A DNA stretch of 63,869 bases, filler included, from Licmophora abbreviata (taxonomy: Eukaryota): assembly GCA_900291995.1 (NCBI GenBank). It is 10 parts of 10 records of this genome, joined end to end, with 100 filler letters (N's around TTAATTAATTAA, not from the genome) between each part and the next. Parts side by side here need not be neighbours in the genome. Positions count along the whole stretch, not along the records: positions 22,099 to 38,018 come from OLMU01001969.1; positions 38,119 to 45,570 come from OLMU01001970.1; positions 45,671 to 50,058 come from OLMU01001971.1; 7 more parts are not named here. One strand, 5' to 3'. Below the pieces are notes generated by a model. The model had not been told where the DNA came from and did no database searches. It worked only from the letters and a program-made list of their open reading frames with translations. Both the position numbers and the translations under genes were made by a program. Positions 36,411 to 47,777 of this stretch are shown piece after piece; position 1 is the first letter of the stretch, and every line of letters starts with the position of its first letter.

Positions 36411-36911
36411 CTACCCGAACAGAATCTCCGAAGACAGCAGCACAATCTGGACCATATGATGCACCGAGATGGCAACTACAGCTGCGGAGAGCATTGTGAA
36501 CCACCCTCTGAGTTTGTTGTCAAGCGAAAGGTACATGGACAAGAGAAAAGCTACCATGTAGGTGAATAGGCTAACGACCAACGCTTGAAAGGCCAGCTTC
36601 CGGTGATCTAAAGTAGCATCCATGTAGATGAGGAACTGAGAATCCTTTCCCATACCGAGTGCAGTCTTTGTGTAAACCTCGAGTAGCATGAAGACAATCG
36701 CAGTGTGCGTCCCAAACAGTATGGTGACACCCGAGCTCAGAAGAAAGGCGATCTTGACCAAATTTTCACTTCTGTTGTCGTCCAATTTGATGGGTGTGCT
36801 CGATAGCATGTTGAAGGTAAAGTTCAAGAGTAGGGCAGCCACAACGCCATAGAGGGACAGCCCCTCTAGACGCATAGTGGCACGCGATAAGTCCACGGTG
36901 GTATCGTCCAT
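36411..36911 (-). CDS. Hypothetical 4-TM membrane protein, 166 aa
   Basis: Intact ORF with four hydrophobic segments; RLEGLSLYGVVAALL, YTKTALGMGKD. Confidence 0.7.
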   Translation of the reverse strand: MDDTTVDLSRATMRLEGLSLYGVVAALLLNFTFNMLSSTPIKLDDNRSENLVKIAFLLSSGVTILFGTHTAIVFMLLEVYTKTALGMGKDSQFLIYMDATLDHRKLAFQALVVSLFTYMVAFLLSMYLSLDNKLRGWFTMLSAAVVAISVHHMVQIVLLSSEILFG

Positions 36912-37499
36912 TCTTCCACTCGTCGCGTGCGCGCCAAGATTGTGAGTAGAAGGAGTTCGTCCCTTCGTGTCCTGCTTTGTATGCTTCCACGCGGTGGATC
37001 GTTCGATTCCCCAGTTATTACTCCTTTCTCGGATTTCTCTCTGGAGGCGGCCTCAGTAGAGACAGTCGATAGAGCAACAAGGCAGGAGGCAGGCGGGCGG
37101 TGGGCAAATGGAAATTGGAAATGCTCATCGTGTAAACTTCGCGGTACAGAGCTCAGTTTGAACGTATATGTCACAACTTACTGTCAATAAAAGAACGCTA
37201 GAGATTTCCAGGGCACATGCATCCGACGAGGCCGTGTCTTGTGCTGTGGCCTTGTTCTGTTGCCGATGCATCACAGTAGTGAAGCAAGCCGTGATGCCGT
37301 TCCTGTCCAACATATAATCGTCCAAGGATCGCATCTGCATACCGTAAAATTGAAAATCTGCGTTTTGAGGAAGGAGAGTCAGTCTGTGGATCTCTAGCTA
37401 GCATCTTTTCTTGCTTCGTCTTTGTTCGTCGTTGACGTCCCACATTGAAACTCCAGCAGCCGCTCGACTGTGTGGTACAGATTTTAGCAGACGAGCACC

Positions 37500-38575
37500 A
37501 TGGAGTGTCTCGCGGCAACACAGTTCGGAAAGCACTCGCAAGTCTTGGATTTCGATTCCGTCGATGAGCTCCCTAAGTGTGGGAAGAATGATGTAAGTCT
37601 AGTAAGACTCTACCTGGTAGTTCCTGATGATTGTTTCAAAGTGTTCATCTTCATGTCGCGATCGCGCACTAGTCCTCACGAAACCCGAGCCCTGTACCTG
37701 TGCGTGTCCCCTACGTCCCACGAATTGCAGCTTCTGATCAAGGTTGCGTATGCAGAGCTGAATCCAGTGGACCTTCAGAAGCTTCAAGGTGGTCCTCGGG
37801 AGGGACAGGCGACAGGAGGGCCACTTGTTGTCGGCTACGGAGGATCAGGTGTCGTAGAAGACATGGGCGTCGGTGTCGCGAACGATTGGAAGGGGAAGCG
37901 GGTTTCATTTCTCTGTGACCCATCGCGGCCGGGGGCGTACGCGACTCATGTTGTGGTAGGATTCAAGAGCAGTTGCTCCAGTTCCCTTTCTGGTATCGCT
38001 CAAGCAGGCTGCTGCGGTNNNNNNNNNNNNNNNNNNNNNNNNNNNNNNNNNNNNNNNNNNNNTTAATTAATTAANNNNNNNNNNNNNNNNNNNNNNNNNN
38101 NNNNNNNNNNNNNNNNNNGATTCCTCATAATGAAATCGCATTACAACTTCAGGGTGGTCGAAATGGAAGTGTCGATTACATACTGTGCCTTGCGGAACCT
38201 ACGAAAGAGCTCTTTGGGGCGTTGACTGAGGTCATTAGGCCGTATGGGTCTTTGTGCTTGGCCGTTGCCGGCGATTCCATCAAGAGTTTGGATATGGGGT
38301 TTGCGTTTTTCAAGAGTGTCACAGTCACTACAGAGACAGTCTTCAGCAGTATCCGAACGAACTACGGGGTTATTCGGCCCGCGTCAGAGATTGAAGACCT
38401 GCTGGAGCACATTGTGAGCGAAGCTTCCATCAGTGCACCGCTCTCTCCCCAGCTTTCGAGCTTGGCAGGGGCCGAAGACTGGAGGCAAGCTCTGAAAGAG
38501 GGTGGACTCCTAGACCAGCTTGCGAGTGGTCATACAAGAGGGAAACTGGTAATGAGGATAGGGGTGGACGACTAG
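37500..38575 (+). CDS. MDR-family (quinone oxidoreductase / Zn-ADH-like) oxidoreductase, middle lost in gap
   Basis: GroES-like N-part LLIKVAYAELNPVD...GYGGSGVVE...GAYATHVVV before the linker; VDYILCL...IRPYGSLC...GHTRGKLVM after it. Confidence 0.85.
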
Positions 38576-38635
38576 GATTATGCCTTTCAAACTCTGATGG
38601 TACAGGCATTCGTTACATGTCTCGTAAGGAGGCCT

Positions 38636-40048
38636 TCAGGTCAAGCGTCTCTCTCGTTCCAAGTCCTGTAGTAGCCTATCGGAGCCGATGCCGTCGGGTT
38701 TCCCTACTAGCTTCTTTATGTTGTCCGCGTAGAGAGACCCGCTCGTTCGGCGTCCCTCGGCCGCCTCCAGCTGGTCTGCTCGCAGAACATTTATCGTAGC
38801 ATGCGGAGTTCGTCGCTGAAAGGCGCCACCGGCGGCGACCTCTTTCAAGGATAGGTCTTGCGATGGATCGTTTTCTTTCAACCACTTCTGCAATCGCGGC
38901 ACCGAGTGCATGTGTCCAAACCCAGGCCACGAAGTGCCATCTGGGGTCGCATACTGCGGATGGAAGCATACAACACCCACATTCTTTTCAGCTCCCGCAG
39001 CTACGACCCCAGCTTCGAGCATAGCAAAGACCGGACCCGCCCAAAACGCAAAGTCATCGTCGAAAGCAGGAGCAGCTAAGAGGATGCTACTGATTCCGTC
39101 CTTTCCTGACGGCCCCGCGAGGATCATTTGTTCCACCGCCTCCCAAAAGTCTATGAATGCATTTATGGAGGTGATGAGTATGATTCAGGAGTTCACAACA
39201 AAGCTCTTGCTGTTCTCACCTGACATAAGAAGACAAAGATTGTTCGGTGACGCTTTCGAGGCGTGGTAGGCGATCTTTCCAACGGGAATACCGAGGTCGG
39301 AAAGACCCTGTCCACTCTTTTCTTCCGACTTGGTAAAGGGGCATATAGTTTCTTCCACCAGGATTCTTCTCACCCAGGCTTTGGTGCGCTTTTCTATAAT
39401 TGAAGTATCAAGATGGGCCGAGTCGGCCCTTTCCGTCTCTGTTGGGGACCCTATCCTCACTAGGCGTACAGCTGGAACTGGTGACACCTCATCCAGAACC
39501 TCTATTTCGACGCTCTGCATCCCTTCCACATTTTGACGAGCCCATTCGATGATATCTATCCATTGTTGTACGACTCTGCTCTCGCAATCTGGAAGCCCTA
39601 TGAGCATTGTGTCACTCGAAGCAGGTACCTCTTTAGAGATCAATTTCGACACTTGCCTCCAGAGCACGGCAAGCGCAGATACTCCATCTACCCCTTCGAC
39701 CCAAAGGTACTGTTCTTGTCGGAACGATCTCTCAAATGAGGCCTTCGCCATTGCTGCTTGCAGTCTATCAATCATAGGGAGGGACCATACCCGTCTGTCC
39801 GGTGACTTCACAGACCGCAAGTCGATTCGAAAGCGCGGGAAGCTCATCGCGAAGGGACACCCTCGGTCTTCTAGCCGATGTTGGCAGTTTGATCCGTCTA
39901 CATCGACTTCGCTTTCCTTCGGTGTACTGGTACCTCTGTATGGAGAACATTGCGATCCTAAAAATAGAGTTTTTCGCACTAGAAAACAATCTCTAAGCGA
40001 AGGAAAAGCTAAAAGTACCGCTAGCTGGGCAAGCCGTCGTATCATCAT
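38636..40048 (-). CDS. DUF1415-like protein with signal/plastid-type leader, 2 exons
   Basis: TKAWVRRILVEETICPFT, VGVVCFHPQY, RRTPHATINVLRADQL. Confidence 0.7.
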
Positions 40049-40264
40049 GGTCGTTGCAGAAGATCTTTTCGTCGATGATCGATTTTTGAGACAAAAATTG
40101 AAAAAAATGTCAGAGGCCAGAAGGACACTTCTTTGGAGCTCGGACCTCTCACATCTTTGTTCGATTGACTGACTCGTTCGAACCAGAGATATTGCTACAA
40201 AAAGAGGATGATAGCTACGACAAGTCTAGGTAGATTGGAGTCTAAGCTTTCAATTCGACACTCT

Positions 40265-41941
40265 CTAACGGTTACTCTGGAAATGATCACTATCCTCACA
40301 GGCATCCAACCATTTGCCCAACCATTCAATGATGCGATTGACAGGGTTTTCTACCGGTACGCCTGTCGAAGAGAGATCATCGATTGCGAAATGAACAGCG
40401 CGTTTGCCTGAAGACTGTTTGCATTGTGCGGCGGACCACTCGGAAGACGGCTTTGAAAGATCATCACTGACTCTCAACACCTCTGTTTGAAGTGCAACAC
40501 TGTCTGAAAAAGTCCATTGTTGTCTGAGTGCAATTGCCTCCGTCCAGGGTTCTTTCTCGCTGTACGTTCGTGCGTGTCTTGCCAGAAGTCGGGCTACTTT
40601 GAGAAATTCTGGTGCACTTCCCGAAAGCAAACATGGAGATCTGTCGTCATAGAGCGTCAAACGCCCTTCATTTGGCAAATACGTTCCTTGTTGAACAAAC
40701 GAATGCATGGGAAACGTGTCCCCATGCGCCACGAATCCTCCTCCAACCACTGACATCGATACATACTTCCAGACATGTCTTTGTTGCCGGTCGCTCAACC
40801 CAGACTTCTCGAGGTCCTCTCGTATGTCTGCATAATCATCGACAAACGTATAATCGAGGACTCCCAGTTTCATGGGTTTCCATCCAGCGTTTTCCCATGT
40901 TAAAGTCCATGCGTAGCGCATGCGTCGTAAATGTTCCTCTGTCGCATCCACGTCTGGGTCAAAACGGTACATGAGTGGCCTTGTTGTAGCGCTCAACTCC
41001 TTTGTCTGCGACAGATTCTGGATCAAAGAGGAGCTATCGTCGTCGCATGTCTCAATCCACTCGGCCAACCACTTCAGTGCCATGTCGCTGCCGTTCGGCA
41101 GGTCGTGATTCAGTTCGTTTCCTCCAAGCTCAAAATGCACAGCTTGTCTGTTCTGACTCTCAGAGCATTCATTGTTGTCCCATCGGAAGCTATTACGCTC
41201 CTTACCTACATGATGCATTTCCTTGCGCACGTCAAGGCTATCGGGGGAATAGAGATCTTGCAATGCGATCTTCTCGGACCACGCGTCTGTGCCCCGATAC
41301 GCCAGAGCATGTTTGGCGAGGAGCCGCGCCATCCACAGCCATTCACTTCCTCGACCTGACATGAGACTTGACATCATGTCGTCGTAGATCGTAAGCCGAC
41401 CGTCGTTGGGAAGGTCAGATCCTTTCTGCATGAAGATCTTCAATGGGAAAACATCAGTATGCGCTAGAAAGCCACCACCCACGGAAGAAAGTGCGACGTA
41501 CTTCCAGATCTGGTCAGCTTGAAATTGATTCAGGTGGGCTCGACTTAGGTCTCCCTGAAGCTCTCCGTAGTGATCCATGTCGATACTCTCGACACTCAAG
41601 GTCAACGGAGTCCATCCCGCGGCCGCCCACACGCTTTCCCAGATCGAGAAGACTTTCTTCTCTTCAGTGGTCTCTTCATGGCTCGTCTTGTATCGATAGA
41701 TGCACGGTCGCTCCGATGCATCGCCTTGCTGCTTTGCTTCAAGATATGATGAACTCTCGCTCTTCTGAGCTGGACGCGTGTTGCCGACCAGGCACAACAC
41801 GAAGAAGATCGAGAGTGTCGCGATGATAACCGGTATGTTTCGGGTGAGTCTCTTTGGACCTTGCATAATCGTTGGATATGGTATCGCAGAGTGAGCACCG
41901 ATGATGTCTGTATGGTTCGAAAGGACCCATGCCCAGCTCAT
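40265..41941 (-). CDS. Type II membrane protein with two tandem GT-A-like (DxD-class) domains, both with degenerate DxD
   Basis: Internal duplication RPxxYR...WxxAGWxP...WKYVxxSxVGGGFxAHxDxFP...LPNxGRLTxYD...AVHF. Paralog of the adjacent gene. Start may be 41866. Confidence 0.7.
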   Translation of the reverse strand: MSWAWVLSNHTDIIGAHSAIPYPTIMQGPKRLTRNIPVIIATLSIFFVLCLVGNTRPAQKSESSSYLEAKQQGDASERPCIYRYKTSHEETTEEKKVFSIWESVWAAAGWTPLTLSVESIDMDHYGELQGDLSRAHLNQFQADQIWKYVALSSVGGGFLAHTDVFPLKIFMQKGSDLPNDGRLTIYDDMMSSLMSGRGSEWLWMARLLAKHALAYRGTDAWSEKIALQDLYSPDSLDVRKEMHHVGKERNSFRWDNNECSESQNRQAVHFELGGNELNHDLPNGSDMALKWLAEWIETCDDDSSSLIQNLSQTKELSATTRPLMYRFDPDVDATEEHLRRMRYAWTLTWENAGWKPMKLGVLDYTFVDDYADIREDLEKSGLSDRQQRHVWKYVSMSVVGGGFVAHGDTFPMHSFVQQGTYLPNEGRLTLYDDRSPCLLSGSAPEFLKVARLLARHARTYSEKEPWTEAIALRQQWTFSDSVALQTEVLRVSDDLSKPSSEWSAAQCKQSSGKRAVHFAIDDLSSTGVPVENPVNRIIEWLGKWLDACEDSDHFQSNR

Positions 41942-42189
41942 AGGCAGGCGTGCGTCGAGTCGAGAAACGAAAATGACCCTCTATACGTACATTTTCAATT
42001 TGAAGGCGACCCGAAAAGCACGAGCTCGCCAGGCTTTCCGGTCATTATGACTACGAGTATTCATGTGATGACCGGCGCCCATGGGGCCCCCAGGTATGAA
42101 ATGTAGCACGCCAACCCAGTTAGCTAGTTGGTCCAAGGTGGTTTAGAAGTCCACGTTAAGCTTTTAAGAACTGGTATCTGGTATGCTCA

Positions 42190-43141
42190 TCATTCGGTTT
42201 CAGGGCTGTCGTTAGGTTCCTCGATCGACTTTTCCGCTCCACCGGAGTTGGCTTCTGGCTCCGGGGGGGGGGTTAGAAGCTCTGGTGTGGTTGAATCAGA
42301 CCCGCAACTTGTTTTCCACATATCCAACCACTCACTGGCAATCGCTGGTCTATCTTTCGCGTGCGCATCAATCACAGTGATTCCTTTGTCCATCGAGTGA
42401 TGGGAGAAATGCACTGCACGCTGGCCTGCGGAGTCGACACACTGTTCTTCCTTCCACACTCGAATGCCATTCAGCGCCATAATCCCACCAAGCACTTCAC
42501 GCCTTACTTCAAATGCTGTCCCGCCGGAGGTTTTGTGTAAATCTCCAAGAGCCTTCATGTCCGACCAATGCGTTTCGTTCTTGTGGCGGTTTGCGTTGTC
42601 AGCCATAAGCAAAGCTAGTCGCAAGTACTCAAGGCCACTAGCTGAAACGAGACTTGGGACGTTGTTCTCGTACGTCGTGAACCGACCATCGTTTGGTAGA
42701 CTAGAGGCGTCCTTTGTGAAGTCTTCCAGTGGAAAAGTGTCATAATCGCTCATCCAGCCACCGCCAACATGTGCCATAGCAAGCCATCTCAAAAAGCACA
42801 GGCGATCATAATATCCAAACGGCAGACCATCTAAGGCATGCACGAATTCAATATAGTTCGGATGAGCCTTTGCATCGTCCAATTTTCAAAACACGTGGAT
42901 CCCATCCTGCCTGTGTCCAGTAAAGTTTCCACTTGTCTAACAGCTCTTCATCCTCCTCCTCTGTCATGCCGGTTCGCTTGGGCAAGCCTTCAGGAAACTC
43001 AGTCTCGAGAAAAGTGTACATAATTGGTCTAGCCTCCAGCGACCGTCTCATCGTGGTATTCATAGGGGCATGTTCGACGACGGAGAGCGCCACTACGAAC
43101 ACAACGAGTGCCAAGCACTGAACCGCAGGCCGCGACTTCAT
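42190..43141 (-). CDS. Single-domain GT-A-like (GT32/DxD-class) protein; apparent frameshift near 42885
   Basis: RPIMYTF...WTQAGWDPRVL(K)LDDAKAHP...CFLRWLAMAHVGGGWMSDYDTFPL. Removing one A from an A4 run restores the frame. Confidence 0.7.
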
Positions 43142-43484
43142 GGTCGCTCTGCTATGCTATCGCCTATCGCCTGCGCTCGAAAAAAAGTGAGCCGACTGGG
43201 TCATCGACGGCGAATCGATTTTTATCGAAGTCATCTGTCATTTTCATTTGGAATATTGCCCGTGATGACTCGGTGCCATTGACTAGTTCGACTAGAATTG
43301 TTTGTTCCAAAATCTACAGGCGCGGTTTTCATGTTTCAAATTCGGTCTGCTCCCCATACTAGCACCACAGACCACACCATCAAAGACGAGCCATCCTGAA
43401 CCCGGGCATGATCAGTCAAAGCAGAGCGCTGGGGAGCAGGTGTGCATTGCTGACGGAAATGCGATAGCGCGTTTGGGTCTAAGG

Positions 43485-45562
43485 ATGTTCCGTCAAACCG
43501 GTAGCGCTGCCGTGGTGATGGCTCTGCCGCGTCTCGGGAATCTTACTCGAGGTTCGGTGCACCGAGTGGCGTCGCTCTCTCCAACCGGTATCTTGCAATC
43601 TCCTGCTCAGCAGGACTCTTTCCTTGGCGTGACTCGCCCCTTTTCGGCTCTGTCGGCCTATTCGGTAGATACTGGAGGTCTTCGTCGCCTCTTGAGTGAC
43701 GAGGAAGCCGCTATTTTGGAGGAACAGCGGGATCTGACTGAGAAGGCGCGAAAGTTGGCCTCTCAGGTCGAAACTGTCAACGTCCGAAGCTACTCCCAGA
43801 AATTTCTGGCCGACATTCTTCCCGACACCGAGGACTATTCAACGTTTTCCATTGTAGTAGCGGGAGAATTCAATTCTGGAAAGTCCTCTTTGATCAATGC
43901 TTTGCTTGGTCAGAAGCTTCTCGAAACAGGAGCGCTCCCCACCACGGATAGTATCACCGTAATTACGCATGGCTGCGCAGATGATACGGAACACAATGTT
44001 GGCGGTCATGGAGGAGTCATCTTGCACCAAGTCTCGAGGGTTCCTCTCCTTCAGGATTTAACTCTTGTGGACACGCCTGGAACAAATGCAACTATCCTGG
44101 ATCATACACACCGGACATTGAAACTCCTCCCGGCGGCTGACCTCATTCTGTTCGTAACTAGTGCTGATCGGCCGTTCCCGGAAAGCGAGCGGAATCTCTT
44201 GCAGTCCATCCAAGCGTATAGAAAGAATATTGTGGTGGTTATCAACAAGATGGACGTACTCGAAGCAACTGGAGGAAACTATGGAGAAGAAGAGAAAGGT
44301 AAAGTCATCAACTTCGTCACTGAGAATGCAAGCGAACTGCTGGGGGCACGACCGATTGTGATTCCTATCTCAGCTAGAGATGCCATGTCGGCAAAGAATG
44401 CGTACAAAGATCAAATGGATCAGTCGGGGATGTGGCAGCGCAGCAACTTTTCCGCGTTGGAGTCCTTTCTCAAGGACACGTTGACAACCGAGACAAAGAT
44501 CAAGTCGAAGCTGACAAATCCCATTGGAGTTACAGAGGGAATGGTGACAGAATGTTTGAGTGTACTCAACAATCAGAATGAAGATCTTGAGGCAGATATT
44601 GCAACTTTGAATCTACTACGGAGTCAGTATGCTGGGTGGACCAAGACGGTAGATGCCGAGATCAACGATCTTCGAACAGAAATGAGCGACTTATTCTCTA
44701 GCGAGCGAGAGAGGGGCAGTACTCTTCTTGATTCAATGAGTTTTGTTGACCGACATCTTTGGCCGATGGAAAACGGAAGATTGGAAAAGGAATGGCGACA
44801 GACAGGTGCGATGGGGAAGCATGATTTGGAATCAGAGATTCTCCATGTTGCTAGGGAGATAGCGTGAGTTGCTTGTATGTGAAGCATTCGCTGGCCGATG
44901 TTGTGACATCTAATCTGTTGACTATGTGTTCGCCGCGAAGTGATTTGGTTGCCACCCGGGCTCGGGCACAGGGTCAGGCTGTTATTGAATACCTGGGCAA
45001 GCGCCCTTCTATGAAGAGTCATAGCCTGGTTGGTAGTGTGACTGCAGCGTCTCGTTTCGAGGGTATCCAAGCCGGGTTGGAAGAAAAACTGTCAACCTCG
45101 GCACAGCAGGCCGTTCAAAGCGATAGTTTGAGCAGGGCGACTAAGATATATCTGACGTCGATTAGGCAGGTTGCCTATTTGTCGTTAACAATCCACTTTG
45201 CTGCTCTGGGAGCCGCATCTGCGGCAGCCTTTCAGGTAGTGAACCCGCTCGTAGGGCTCGTGGGCTCTGTCGCGCTCGTGGGAGCGAGCTCGGTGGTCAT
45301 CTCGCAGGGAGATAGGCGTGCCTTATCACAATACTCCTCTGCTTGGGAAGCCGAGCTCACAAAGCTAGAAAAAGAGGTAGAAATCACTTCTTCAAGAGAG
45401 CTTCAGAAGGTTCACAGGCGTATTCTTGATGGAGTTGCTCCATACACTCGGTTTGTCGAGACAGAACAGTCAAGAATTAATTCCTTTTTGGAGGACTGCG
45501 AAGGCATGCTGGCAGCGGCTCATACTCTGCGTAGCCGGATTAAGAAGTTGCGACACCAATAG
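43485..45562 (+). CDS. FZL / bacterial dynamin-like GTPase, 2 exons
   Basis: G1 VAGEFNSGKSSLINALLG, G2 LPTT, G3 LVDTPGTN, ADLILFVTSADRPFPESE, G4 INKMD; hydrophobic hairpin followed by PYTRFVETE. Confidence 0.88.
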
Positions 45563-45670
45563 AACGTTCANNNNNNNNNNNNNNNNNNNNNNNNNNNNNN
45601 NNNNNNNNNNNNNNTTAATTAATTAANNNNNNNNNNNNNNNNNNNNNNNNNNNNNNNNNNNNNNNNNNNN

Positions 45671-47370
45671 GCTGGCTGGCATTCGTCTCCGCCCGGGATT
45701 GTCAATCCACTGGCTGGGCTTTCGCTTTCTAAATCAGTAGCTGGGTTTCCAGGCTTCATCGGCGATAGATTGGTCGACATTATAGACTGAGCTTCTGCTT
45801 TCAAGTGCGCCAAAGTTGCTTGGCATCGCATGGTTCTCCTCGAAGCTACTGCCCCATGATCGACCCCCTCGGTCACCAAGGAGTCTTGTTGGGCCAATGC
45901 CCCGTCCCAAGATCGCACTACAGACCCCAGTATCAGGGCTTTGTGGCTGCTATCGTTCTCACACCACCGGACGTGCGACATGGCTTTGGATCGGACTTTC
46001 ATTCTAGATCTCAACCTGATCGGGAGGTTTTGCTCGTCTATGAGCTGCCGTGAAATCATAGCCATTTCGCAAGTCTCCACAATAAGAGGATAGGTGAATG
46101 TCTTCCAAATACGAATGAACTCTGTCCCCCCTTTCGAACATGCGCATTCAAACTCCTGAACAGCGCGAGCACGAGTCTCCATCCATACCTGGCGAACTGC
46201 GGTAGTTTTCGCAACCCAAGTGTCGGCAAACTCGTCGATCCTGGAAAATTCTCTCCATTGCGCGAGCGAGGAAAAAGGAAATTGAAAATATTCCCAGTGG
46301 AGAATTAGGAGACCAAGCAATGCGAGTTGTACGATCCGACGAAACCAACAGAACTTGTTTGTTTCGGCTTTCTTGCGATCGAGCAGTCCGCGCTCCAAAG
46401 AGGAAATAGACGAAGTGGTTGACTCTGTCCCATCTGTCGCTCTCACACCATCATGAGATCGCGAGTGTCCAAGAATCAGCCCTAGCTGTAGTAGGTACCC
46501 GTGGGTGGAATTGTCGCTGCTAGCAATCGGGGTGTTCAATGGGGGCGAGTACGTCAGCACAGGAGAAGACGGTTTGGGTGTCGTCCGCCTTCTGCTAGGT
46601 GTCTCATCAGTCCGATGGGGGGTCCCAAAGAGCAGTCTTGAGAGGAAAGTGACCGTGGGAGCCTGTGAGGATGTCTCCAAGGCATCGGCGGCGCTTGAAT
46701 GGTGCGAGGCGAGGCTTGGACACGATATTCCATTGGTTGAGGAGACCTCCTCGAGGTAGCAAACTCCTTTTTCGTCAGAAATGTCTGAAGTAGGAGAGGA
46801 TAGCTGCGACTTATGAGCATTTGAGTCACTCGGTTCAGTGGAAACAGAAGTCCCGACATTTCTTGTTTTAGCGTGACGGTCAGAAACGAGATAGGGCTTG
46901 TTGTTGGTCTCCAATAGAATCGGTGACCTCGACTCGCGAGAAAGTCGGCGTCCAAGGTCCGCAAGAGCATCTAAAGTCGATCGGTCAGCTGTCGTAAAGA
47001 CTGGCAGTCGTGTTGGCGACGGTGGAAAAGGACTCCCCTGGGTCCGGCTTTCCATGCCGGTTTCTTCAGTCAAGTTTCTCTCGCGAAACTGAGATAATGT
47101 GTCTTCGTTGGCAGCCTGTTGAGGTTGTTCCTCGTCAACCAGTCGTTCATGAACCAGTGTCTGGATCGTTCTCAATTGATCAAGCGAGACTCGTGGTGGA
47201 GAGGGCCTGGGAGAACGAAGCCTGGTAGCCTCAAGATCGGCGTCAGGACGCACGTTCCATCGAGAGGAGCGCGTGGATTCGACCTCGAACGACAAGGCCT
47301 GCCTTGAAAGAGTCAATTTTTCCAGCCTTTTCCGGTCGAAGTGTCCCTGCTTACGCCTTGGGGACTCCAT
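45671..47370 (-). CDS. Hypothetical S/P/T-rich single-pass membrane protein, 3' end lost in gap
   Basis: ORF of more than 560 codons; low-complexity N-half and one TM (IVQLALLGLLILHW). Confidence 0.65.
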
Positions 47371-47777
47371 TGTTGTCCGGGGTACTAGGTAAAAGATGGA
47401 AGCGATGATATGATCAGGATATTGAATACGAGTATGATGGCAACAAGCGTCGTTCCGTCTTTTTTGGCGGGTTCATGTCTGTCATCAACGGCGACAAGGT
47501 TCAAATTCAAAATGGTCTCATCCGGGTTATAAATGTGGATGTCCAATGTGCTCGCCGCGCGCGGCCGGCGTTTCACGTTGGGTTTTGAAGAGCGTTGGAG
47601 CTCGCAATGACGAGCAAATTGAAAATAGAAAATAGAGCCGACGCCGCGCGGTCATTGCTGTTGCGGGTTGCTGCCTTCTCTGCTTTCACTTCATGGAAAG
47701 AGCACTTCCTTGCTCCCTGTGTTCGTGTGATCTTCTGCGTAGCCTTACTGCTCTTGCGTTTGTACGGTACCAGGTAG

